A stretch of DNA of 64,000 nt from Paragordius varius (Eukaryota > Animalia > Nematomorpha). Shown here piece after piece: positions 53,290 to 64,000 of the stretch. Location: contig OZ176050.1 in the NCBI GenBank assembly GCA_964247055.1, forward strand, positions 12,152,001 through 12,216,000. Reading direction: 5' to 3'. The first letter of the stretch is position 1. The number at the start of each line of letters is the position of its first letter. Both the position numbers and the translations under genes were made by a program. The notes under the pieces are model-generated. The model saw only the letters and a program-made list of their open reading frames with translations, searched no databases and was not told the origin of the DNA.

Positions 53290-55050
53290 TTCCCTTAACG
53301 AATCACAAGAAGTTAGTCGAAACCCTAAAAGGTAAATTTGAATTTATAATTTCATTCCTGACTCGTGTAACCCATTGTATTTGCAAAAGAGCTCCTCCCT
53401 AAATTAGTAGCAAATGAAGCAGTATGGAGAAATATACCAGGAATTCGTGATGGACACTGGGGAAGACATTGATATTTCTCAATTGAAAATAAAATGTCGC
53501 AAAACATTATATCAACTCTTTAGAAGAAAAATGAAAATGGATCTTTGTCAAACAGGTATTATTTATAACAGGGTTACCATTTTTTATGATTTCAAAGCAA
53601 TTTCACTACGCTCATTATTTTATATATGAGAAATATGGTAAAGTGCATTTTTAATATAAATTAGCAAGCATGTTCGAAACTTTCAATTACATATACCTGT
53701 TATTGACATACATAATATTAATATCACACATCTCGGTTAATATTTTTTTAGATGTTTATAAATCCCTATATACGCATCAATATAGGTAATATAAAAAGTG
53801 TGTTAAAACCCCATGAGAATGTTATGTTGGATATTATGGATTATGAAGATAATCCAGTGCATATTAATGTTCCTGGTGGTAAGGAATGTGGTATCGTAAC
53901 GATTGCTGATGATATTTCTTTGTTAGCCAAAATCCATTTATATATGCATATATATATATATATATATAAATATATGTATACTACAATTGTAACTAAGATT
54001 TTTTTATTTAAAAATTGATATTAAAGATATATAGCTGTAAATTGTTAAGTTAAATTTTTATTATAGGTACATCCGTGTCCTAATCACCCACGATTAAAAA
54101 ATATATAAAGAGTCAGAAAATGTTTCTCAAACACAAAAGTTAACATGCAATTCAACGTTTTGGAATTATTGATATGCTACTGCTTCAAAAAGAGATTTGC
54201 TTCTAGAAAAACACAAAGTTTAATAATTTTAAAAATTTATAGTAAAATCATTCATTATTAACAATCTAGTTGAAATCCAATAGAAAATTATAATAAACAT
54301 ATGAGGATTTGATATATAAATCATTATTTTTAGCAAAAATTGAGAAATTATTATAAAATATATGCGTTTAATATATTTACAATATTATCTCGTTTCTCTC
54401 GCCCTGAGATTCTTTCTTCTCTCAGATTACCATTACTGTTCTCATTAATATTATCTAGATCAATCGATATCACATCTAATTCAAAATCATCCTTTAATAG
54501 CTATGTTATAAAAAACAGCTCAGCTAATTATTTTAATCGCGGTATCCAAACGGACTTGCATTTTATTATGCAATATTGGAAATTGGCGTTTGAGATGACC
54601 AAAAATAGTCTTTCAAGGATTATTCTCTTTTAGGCGTGAAATGTATTGCATTCAGTTTGTATAAAGTTGATAGGGATTTTAAATGGTATTCATTAGATGT
54701 GGAGTAATTCCATATCCATTGTCACCCAACAGTGTGGCGTTGGTATTGGCTAAAAAGGAACGTATTATACTTTTGCGGAAAATCCGGCTATTGTGAACGC
54801 TTCCCAGCATTTTAACGTTTAAACTCGATATAAATTCATCACTGTCACAATACAGGTAAATTAATAATTAAGGCTATATCCACCTTTCCTGTTTAATGTT
54901 CCAAATTAGTTATGCCTCATGGTGTGGATGTGACAGTCGATAGCACCTATGATTGTCGGCATTTAGTGGTCTGAGAAATGAAAGAATCTCAGGGCCAGGG
55001 AAACGAGATAATTTGGTAAATATGTTAAACAAACATAACTTATAATTTCT
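53290..55050. mobile_element. PIF/Harbinger remnant: DDE transposase pseudogene (minus, ~54490-55050) and Myb/SANT-like ORF remnant (plus, ~53290-53560)
   Basis: Minus strand, with stops: PTIIGAIDCHIH, NRKGGYSLN, GSVHNSRIF, LLGDNGY, FGHLKRQFPIL. Plus strand, frameshifted: AVW..IYQEF..DISQLKIKC. TIRs were not found. Confidence 0.8.
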
Positions 55051-55464
55051 CAATTTTTGCTAATTATAACGGTTCATATATCGAATCTTTATATGTTTAT
55101 TATAATTTTCTATTGGAGTACACATAGATCGTAAATATATATATAAATTGATTTTACTAAGAATTTTTAAATTGTTGAAGTTTGTGTTTTTTAATAGTAA
55201 AACTTCTTTTTGAAGCAGTAACACTTCAATGTAATTCCAAAACTTTAAATTGCATGTTAGCTATCGTGTTTTGAGAAACCTTTTCTGATTCTTTATATAT
55301 TTTTTGATAGTAGTTGGTTGGGGCACGGATGTACCTAGAATAAAAATTTAACTAAACATTATTTATTACTTTTATTGTAATATCAAGTTTGAAATAAAAA
55401 ATTCTAGTTACAATCGTAGTATATATATAAATAAATTATGATTTATATTTTGCATGCTATACAA

Positions 55465-56228
55465 CCGGTTTATTTTATCCAGTTATTCAATTGTTGTGCC
55501 CAGGAACGTTTTATACTGTCCAATGATACGGGTTTTAAATCTACCCACAGCCCTTGAAATCAATTAAGGAGTATCGATTTGGCCTAAGGAATATAATAGC
55601 TTGGATTGTAGCATACGATATTCTATGTATATATAAATAATAAGGATGATGATTATACCGTTAAAGGTAAATTTAGACCTTACAGAGACTTTTTATAGAA
55701 AGAGGAACAATACAATGACATCGGGTAGACCAAATGTCCAAAAAACTTATGAAATCTTACCACAAACACAAACGTATCAGCCATTGAATCGAATGTATCG
55801 TCGATACCTTGAATACTGGTAATGATTGGCTACACAAAAAAGGTCTATAATACTATTACTCAGTTTTTAAATCGGATATTGATCTTATGGTACGGTATAA
55901 CCGCATTAATCCAAACGCTGGTCAGAAAATTGGCAAAAACCAAAAAATGTCGTCACGCAAAGCTCACAGAGCACAAAGCATATTAGTCAATTATTCGGCT
56001 CTTATATATTCTGTCATTTATATCATATTTGTGTCACCTAATGTTGTGTTGTACATAACACGTCGCAATCTCCGTATCCTACTCTTCAAAGATTTCCAAC
56101 TTTCTTATGATCTTTCTGCGATTGGGAATGTTTTAGAGGTGGCTTATGGTGCTTTTATCATGTACATTTACATTATATTGGATCATAATATGATATATCA
56201 AGTGCGGAGATTATTAAGTTGTAAATAA
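55465..56228 (+). pseudogene. Degenerate paralogue of the GPCR 3' half (ECL2 to C-terminus)
   Basis: Homologous to ~46050-46872, with frameshifting deletions in 55465-55860 and near identity in 55861-56228. No 5' half was found. Confidence 0.9.
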
Positions 56229-56514
56229 TAATTTCATTCTAAGGTGTGAGGCAAAAAAATGTGTTACTTTACAAATTTATGAATTGTTTTTTGATTTGAT
56301 AAATGTATAAATATATGAGCCAAATATCGAATAAAACTATTAATATTTATTTTTTTACAGTAAAATATAATTGTTACTAATTAGAAAGTATGTCCAATGT
56401 TTATATATATAAATTAAATTTATGTTTTATAATTATAAACACATGAATAATCAATATAACTAACTATTTGATAAACGATAATCAACACCTATGTGAAACC
56501 CTTCGACAATAGTA

Positions 56515-56557
56515 ATCGCAGACTAGTTTCGTGCTTGTTAGCACTCATCAGTACGAC
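56515..56557 (-). ncRNA. Minimal type I hammerhead ribozyme (identical copy on the minus strand)
   Basis: Its reverse complement is identical to 57153-57195; predicted cleavage is at 56521. Confidence 0.88.
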
Positions 56558-57152
56558 ACAACTATTTGACTTCGGGTTTTCACATATCGATTTCGTATAT
56601 ATATCCAACTTTGCAATTTTGGTATAAATGCAGTTGGTTATAAGAATTTAAATTATATTTAATGGTATTTATGAAAATTAAACTGAAAATTTGAAAATAA
56701 ACTGAAAACTCTAGGGGCGAGCCTAGATTTAGAGTATAGCTACTTAGGGATTTCATAGAAATCAATTTAATAACTAAGAAGCACTCTATTTTGATAAGAA
56801 ACATAAGATAAATATGATATTGTAATGGTAAACAACGGATTGGTTATGTTTTTGTAATAACAGTTGTTAAAATCCGTAATATAACGATAAAGGATAATTA
56901 AATAGAATTATTCTTATCAAAATAGATTCCTTCTTAGTTATTAAATTGATTTCTATGAAATCCCTAAGTAGCTATACTCTAAATCTAGGCTCACCTCTAG
57001 AGTTAGTTTTCAGTTTATTTTCAAATTTTCAGTTTAATTTTCATAAATACCATTAAATATAATTTAAATTCGTATAACCAACTGCAATACCAAAATTGCA
57101 AAGTTGGATATACATACAAAATCGATATGTGAAAACCCCAGCAAATAGTTGT

Positions 57153-57195
57153 GTCGTACTGATGAGTGCTAACAAGCACGAAACTAGTCTGCGAT
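57153..57195 (+). ncRNA. Minimal type I hammerhead ribozyme
   Basis: GTCGTA CTGATGA GTGCT-AACA-AGCAC GAAA CTAG TC TGCGAT. The catalytic core is intact, with a 5-bp stem II, palindromic loopless stem III (ACTAGT) and 6-bp stem I including two G-U pairs. Predicted cleavage is after GUC at 57189. Confidence 0.88.
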
Positions 57196-57885
57196 TACTA
57201 TTGACGAAGGGTTTCATATATCGTTTATAATTTCTATTTATACTTTCATTTAATTATCCTTTATCGTTATATTACGAATTTTAACAACTGTTATTACAAA
57301 AACATAACCAATCCGTTGTTTACCATTACGATAATCAACACCTTTTTTCGGAATGTCTTAACAAAATTAACATATATGAAGAGCATCTTAATAAATTTCG
57401 AAGAAATATAATCATGTATTAATTTCAAATATTTTTTTCTAAAAATCCATTTACTATTTTCCATATGTCGTTCAAGGTCAAAATTGTTTAAGTAGCGTGA
57501 CAAACAATCGTATATTTAACATCAAAGTCGGTTCGGATTAAGAAAACATCCAAGATTATGGAGTTTTGTAAAAATCTATAACCTAATTTTAAAAAGATAA
57601 AGTGCATGCTAAATTTTTATATACTGAAATAAGTTGTGTACGCAATATAAATCCTTTAATTATACAGATTGAAGCGATATATTTGTTTTAATAAAGATAT
57701 TAATTTAGAAAAAAAGAGAGTTTTATATATTTTGCTGAATGCAATTGTATCACACTATATTTATTTCAAAATATATAAAATTAACTTAAATTCAAAAATA
57801 TCACATTTTTGGTATACTAAATCAAATGTTATTAGTCATTTCATTATTTTTAGATATAAAATTAATTAAGTGAGATCTATATATA

Positions 57886-58127
57886 CCATTTCAGTTCAAA
57901 TTCATCCTTGAACAATTTAAATTCACCTTAAAAATAAAATGTGTTTTCGAACTAATATAACTCATCATTAATATAAAATATATCTTTATGGCATTTCAGT
58001 ATTATTAATTCAAAACATATTTTATTTTTTAAAAATACATTAAAATATAGGTAATTTTTAATCTTAAAAACATATAATTTATTTAAGGGTGAATTCGAAT
58101 TGTTTAAAATTGTTGAATCATAAATGG
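57886..58127. mobile_element. MITE with CCATTT-type TIRs and TA TSD (a related fragment lies at ~48300-48360)
   Basis: TA|CCATTTCAGTTCAAATTCATCC ... GGGTGAATTCGAATT...ATAAATGG|TA. Confidence 0.55.
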
Positions 58128-58205
58128 TATAGAATAATGTAAAAATGAGATTCGTAAATGCACGATTGTATCACAAAATAATCCAATGCCTATAAATTAA
58201 AATAA

Positions 58206-61200
58206 TTATAATTCGTCGTAATGCAAAGAGTCCGCATCCAAATCTTGTCCATCACTGTAATCAATTGAGCCATTTAAGATAGCTGGGCATTTTAGACATT
58301 TACTTTCATTCTTACCATAACTAATATATTATAACACAAATCTTTAATATATTATACATTATATATGACTAACATATATAAAAACCTTCATTTAATTCTA
58401 ACTAATATTAATTTGAGAGCTGATAATATAATCAAATCGAATTGGAATCCATGCAAAACAATCCGCATATAAAATTAAAGGGACATACACATTATTATTA
58501 AATTTTACCATATTGTTTCAAAAATAAATAATTTCATCAGCGGTTTTATACATTAATTCTGAGCAGTTAAATAAATTATGTTTTTAGATTATTATAAATT
58601 GGTTCCACGTAAGTAGCAAAAAGGTAAAGCAAAATGCATTGTATTATAAAAGTCATATTTAATATGATTTAAACAATTGTTAGCTGGTTATTATAACAGA
58701 ATATACAGAGTGTTGAACCTATAAATTAATCCCTAAAATGTAATTTAGTTATAAATCTAAAATTTTACACATTTTTTTTATAAAAGAAAAGCCAATAACA
58801 TGTTTACCTTAAACACGTGTGTCCAATACATTGGCAACACGCATCATGAAACCAACGGAACTTCGAAGCTCCCATACTGTAACAAGTCATACGGCATTTA
58901 TGTAATGACATACATTGAGCCATATATAAAACGGTACAGTTTACAGTGGGTGTTTTTTGTTCATCGGTGTCGTGTGGTAAAGATTTTTCATTTAATCCAT
59001 CGTCCCTATTTATCAAAGTTTTGTCAAACTTCACCTTTTCTTGAAATTGGTGGGAGAATTCAACATTAGGATCGGACAGGAGTAATTTTGATATTTGATC
59101 CAACTTTTTGGAGGGGCGGTTTAATTTTTCATTCAACAATGGTGATGATGTTTTTGTTTTTACAATTTCATGCGTATCATTAGCATGGGCTTTGTGATTA
59201 GAGTCAGGTAGCAATTCTACAAAAAAATATTCTAAAATATTTTGATAATCATATAGAAAACTCAAAATAACAGCAATATGTTCTCTAACAGCAAACATTC
59301 GGGTTCAAAATTTCGATAAAGGGGTCACACCAATACTAATATTCAATAATGTGTGATTTAAACGAGATATTTACACGTACGTTAGTGGATAGAGTTAAAA
59401 TCATATCCATGTATGGATTACATATATCTGGCATCTAAAAAGAAGCTGGCGAGTTCTGCGGTAAACTCTACCATTAAATGTTTATTTCGAAGCGACAGTT
59501 TTTGGGGAACAGTCAAGCACTATTTCTTAATTTATCAGATTTCGGAATTTACCAAGATAAGAGGTATATGCCAAACCATACTTATCCAAATTAATCAATA
59601 AGGTTCTGACTAGTCCGAGTTTGACGTGAAAGGGAGGTACAATTAGTCTACCCATATAAAGTATGGTCGTGTTCTTATACTTTATTTTCTAATAATATCT
59701 TTTAGCCCTGGGCTTGTGTTATTTGCAATTCCACCGCTGCCTAAAAAAGCAAATGTCCAAAGGTATTTTACTACTCTTTACACGAAATATTAAAAATACG
59801 ATTCAGATATTCGCAAATCAAATATCAAGCTATAGAAAGAGCAAAATGCTTAGAAACACTGCATTGTGTAATACAAAAAAAACCATAAAAACTTATCAGA
59901 AATTCTGAAAAAAAACAACAGATATTTTCAGGACGAAAAACATTGGAAAAAAGCTTTGTAAAATGAGGTGTTTGAAAATTATGAAGAAAATATCATGTAT
60001 TAAAAATATGCTTCCAATCACTGTTTTTTAAATATCGCATCACAAAGCAAGATCAAGAGGGAATAATTTTTTTTCTTTAAAGCAGATATATTCGTGGTAA
60101 AAATTGTCTTTATTTTTATTAATGCAGCAGGATATGACTATCTTTTCTGTATTAACCAGTTCACTATGTCAACACTGATTTCTTTTAACCAAACTCACGC
60201 GAAACTCGTTTCGAATTTAATAGCTGGAATCATATATCCATTGTTTAAAACCTAATATGCATAATCCATAATAAATTATTAAGATATTTGCCAAGAGCTA
60301 CAAATCCATTTTATTTCAATCATCTAAAATCCGTCACAACATTTACAGTCAATTATTATATATTGTAAATTTAATAAATTGAATAATGTAAATGTTTTAG
60401 TAATTAAACTTATTGCAACCAAAGGTCTTCTGAATCAAAATATTTATGTATTTTAATAAAACTAAGATTATATATGAAAATTACTACACAAAATAAATTT
60501 TTTCGTAATATATATTTTAATAAGGCTTGTGCTAGTCACGACAATCGGTAAATAGAGATATATATTTCCATTATTTGTGTTGAAGTGATAAATAAACTTT
60601 TAATACGCAATATTCATATACGCCCGCGTGAAAATTTTTCCAAAAACATAGCCGGCGGGAAATAAAGATTGACCACCCCTGATCTAGATGAACCAAAAAT
60701 TGATGTTAAAGATGCCTACAACCGTAATGTAGAAAAAAAATATATCACCACTCGAGTACCCTGATCAAGAATGATGAAGCATCTATCATTAAACGCCCTT
60801 TCTCATATATCAAGGTTGAAATCAAAAGTCACAAAAAACCGGCTACAATTTTTGTAATGTTAATTTAAATAAAGAAGATTCGGTACTTGACGCGCCTCTT
60901 TTAAATGTATAAATAATATATATTTATCGCCTGAAGTATAAATTATCATTATTTAACAATTAATATATTACAATTCAAAGTCAAAAAATATCATTGAAAA
61001 AGTTGTTTAACCTGTTTCATAAATATTAAGCGTTTGACCAAGCTGTATTTTGAATTTTTGCCAATCTGGTGTCAAAATTTCGAGGTCTTCGTATATTGGA
61101 TATCTTCTAAATTAAAAATATATAACTTAAATATGGTCCATCGGTTTAATGAATCAGCTTCTTCAGTTAAAACATTAAATAATTGATGCAGGGAATTTGA

Positions 61201-61548
61201 TGGAAGGTCTTCAAAAGTACTTTTAACAGATTTTTTAAAGGGAGAAGTCAAGCTATCTAAAAACAATATATTAATTTAAACCTGGACACATATCAACACA
61301 ATTACAGCATTCGCCATATAAGTTCTGTAAACATTTGTAGCAATCCTTACAGCATGTACAATTATGTCGCATATCGCATCCACAAGATTTTATGAGCAAA
61401 CATTTGCTAACCTATGTAATAATTTATTACGATTTACCAAACTAGCACAGACAGCTTCGTTACAATTATTTTTGATTGATTTTATTGATATAATATATTG
61501 AAAACTGCCGAAAAACAATAAAAATACAATGCAAGACAATTTTCCCAT
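58206..61548 (-). CDS. TWSG1: Twisted gastrulation (BMP modulator); exons 61438-61548, 61282-61411, 61127-61256, 61012-61106 (or 61103), 58808-59216, 58206-58320
   Basis: Signal peptide, then CNEAVCASL|VSKCLLIKSCGC...CTCCKDCYKCL...ECCNCVDMCP, KSTFEDLP...LFNVLTEE, and the C-terminal domain CTVLYMAQCMSLHKCRMTCYSMGASKFRWFHDACCQCIGHTCLSYG...KCLKC. Confidence 0.95.
59300..60681. mobile_element. Probable degenerate Charlie-type hAT remnant in the long Tsg intron
   Basis: TTGACCACCCCTG|ATCTAGAT at 60669-60689 resembles a Charlie end followed by an NTCTAGAN target. The other end was not found and the boundary is approximate. Confidence 0.4.
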
Positions 61549-62326
61549 GTGTTTTACATTACCTCGTGATTCGTAGTTTTATGTAACATATTTTAAAATC
61601 GACAAAAATGGCTTTAAAATCTTTTTCCTAAGAGTATTAAGAGTCTGAATAGTCTATCGATCATATCAATTCGATTATTGTCGGCCCGAACAGGCAGTTG
61701 ATATATACATAAACCGGGTTTTTTTCTTCCTTTCCCCCGACAGATTAATTTGGTGGCATTTTAGTTCAACTATAAAATTTCCGTTTCACGAAGCTTAAAT
61801 TTTGAGATTAACTCATAACTAGTCATTTTATCAAATTTTGAAAATGTTTACATTCAGCCTTATGTACGGCGTAAGTGCATCAATAATAAATGCTATTTTG
61901 GTGGCTTATAGGGTTTCTTTAGGTAGTACATTGCATTGTTTTTTATATTTTGCTATATTTTAATAACGAGCATTCTCCTTTCATTAAAAAATTACGTGTA
62001 AATATTTTTTTTATTTACTCCCAAGGCCCATAATTAACACACCATGCTAATCCTAATACATTTTATAAGAAATAACTTATCATATTTTTATCGTGCCGTG
62101 TTTAAATTTTAAACGCAAAACAACCTACTTACCATCAATAATTAAAAAATGTCCATCTTTTAACTAAACTATATAACAATATAAATTATGGTTATGCAAA
62201 ATTTATTGTTGTTTTATAAAAAAATAAGATTATAAATATTTGGCAATTTAGATGCAAAAGGAATAGGGATTAATTTAAATAAATTTGTTAATATACAGCT
62301 AAACTATAATATAATAAACAATATTT

Positions 62327-64000
62327 CTACAAAGCAAATCTATTGGAGGCTTTTCGGAAATAACAAGCTCTTTTGACATCATCCGAATCCGCTTCAATCC
62401 AAATTTCATTGCGTCTATCCGTGTCTTGTGGTCTAATAAATAATATATGGTATTTGATTTATATACTTTTAAATTTTTGGAGGGTAAATAATCAAAAATT
62501 AAACAATATAAACAACTAGCCTAAATAACAGAGATAATTCACACTAAATTTTATCATAACAAGGATACGATACACGAGGAATATCACTTTATCTCATGCT
62601 TTTAACCAAATAAATTAAGTCCAATAATTATTTAATACGCGTTATATCCTGCCACATAGTAATCGGAATCTGAATCAACAGAAACTCCATCTTTTTTCAA
62701 CAAGACTCTCAGTTGATTAAACTCTCCGTCAGTATCATAAAGTTTTGGGACTCCACCAGGGTAACGATAAGCAAAATAATATTTGGGTTTCCAAGTTTCG
62801 ATCTCCACCTTTTATTATTTAAATAATAGTTTTTAATATTTTTTGGTTTCATATAAATACAGTATGAACATTAGTGCTGGTCAATTTACCTTATTGTCGG
62901 GCAATTGGTAATGTAGTACGGTATGGGTAAAAAATAAAAAATTGTTCATTAATTATTATTTAATTATGGACAAATATTTATTTATATCATACGCTACTGT
63001 ATTACCCATTCCTCAATAATGTGAATTGACCAACATTCATGTGCATACTGTATATAACTTTTAAATGAGTAAAATATAATTAAGTGTCCGGCAAGTCTAA
63101 ATATAGAATAAATTAGTGAGAAATAATCAATTATTATGAATTACTTGTGGATATGTGTGGTAAATGTGCTAAAGATTGTTTTAAAAAATACAACCACCCA
63201 TGATAGTTCAAACATAATTTTTAGATATTTTAAATTGTTATCAGGACTAAATTTATACATTTGGATCGCTTGGTTGAGGATTGCTGGAATCCGTCAAATA
63301 AAAATAAACGGTATAAGATCCATCGTCAATCGGATTTTTAACCAATGCAGGAGCATTCATAACCAAATTGGCCTCTGTTCAAATTAAAAATAGTGAGAAT
63401 GTTGTATATACCTATATATATATATATATATATATATATGCTTGTCTGATTTTAATAAAACTCTGTGTAAAAATAAAATATAATCGAATAGTTAGGGTGT
63501 AGTTTTTGACCGCCACTTATAAGTGCAGGCCTTCAAGGTCAGAGGCAGACAATTATTGCCAAATTTTTATGTTGTAAATAAACAAAAATAAATTTAACAC
63601 CAATTATATATCCTTTAGGACCGGAACATTGATATTATAATAATAAAAATATTGAAATTTAAATTATATATTTTCTGATTTTTATACCATGATTTTGTAT
63701 AAAATCACGTGATAAAAATTATAATTGCATATGTGTTTTAGATAGTAAAGACTTGTCTAAAACTCAATCGCGCTTTGTTAGAACGCTATAAGTTTAACTT
63801 AAGAATTTAGCAGATTGTAAAAATATATTTTTTAAGAAAGATAAAATAACAATAATTCTACCACACAAGGTTATGTTTAGATAAATGCATAAAATCCAAT
63901 TTTTATAAACATAATCAAAGTTTATACGAACCTTCAGTATAGTTGGATAAAGCAAAAAAAGCTTTAGTTACTGCTTCAACCTTTGTCGCTCCAGATGCTT
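62327..64000 (-). CDS. SOUL/heme-binding protein family (HEBP2-like), 5'-partial; exons 63932->64000, 63259-63374, 62639-62808, 62327-62432
   Basis: KAFFALSNY...VMNAP...GSYTVYFYL...PQPSDPN|VEIETW...YYVAGYNA|PQDTDRRNEIWI, matching SOUL-family motifs. Phases are consistent. Confidence 0.85.

Larger units (their letters stand above)
56491..57327. mobile_element. Hammerhead-bearing mini-PLE/retrozyme-like insertion: two divergent arms, 16-bp flanking direct repeat
   Basis: ACGATAATCAACACCT at 56475-56490 and 57328-57343. Inverted segments are 56491-56800 / 56911-57219 and 56822-56903 / 57248-57329. LIKIECFLVIKL...LN..SPLEF resembles a PLE ORF C-terminus. Confidence 0.82.

Noticed and set aside
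555-63387. Antisense ORFs in the track (555-788, 2685-2909, 3192-3425, 3886-4104, 12984-13190, 17580-17903, 33793-33978, 58800-59069, 63136-63387)
   Set aside because: They are shadows of real exons on the opposite strand.

Overview
AT-rich eukaryotic (metazoan) genomic window, roughly 25% GC by eye, standard genetic code. I could reconstruct seven protein-coding genes with GT-AG exon phases: lamin (5'-partial, CaaX CRIM), SMARCB1/SNF5, SDHAF2, MINDY1/2-type deubiquitinase (CaaX CTIS), a rhodopsin-class peptide GPCR, twisted gastrulation and a SOUL heme-binding protein (5'-partial). An eighth, a granulin-domain gene, is seen only as its last exon. A degenerate GPCR paralogue is also present. 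Intergenic DNA and long introns are packed with decayed or non-autonomous elements: hAT (Blackjack- and Charlie-type), a TTAA piggyBac-like MITE family (7 copies, twice self-nested), Tc1/mariner-type TIR elements, a Helitron family with an internal ~160-bp array, a PIF/Harbinger remnant and Penelope-like elements (PLEs). Three observations stand out. (1) An 837-bp insertion flanked by a 16-bp direct repeat consists of two back-to-back, differently permuted near-monomers of one ~440-nt unit, each carrying an intact minimal hammerhead ribozyme; this suggests a retrozyme-like or mini-PLE circular/multimeric RNA template. (2) Obligate ultra-short spliceosomal introns (20/23, 22, 25, 26 nt) coexist with kb-sized TE-filled introns. 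(3) Large lineage-specific insertions sit inside normally compact conserved domains (lamin Ig-fold, granulin, SNF5). No rRNA, tRNA or CRISPR was recognised. The organism cannot be identified from the sequence; the tiny introns recall mesozoan-type reduced parasites, which is inference only. All family assignments come from motif recognition by eye, not database searches.
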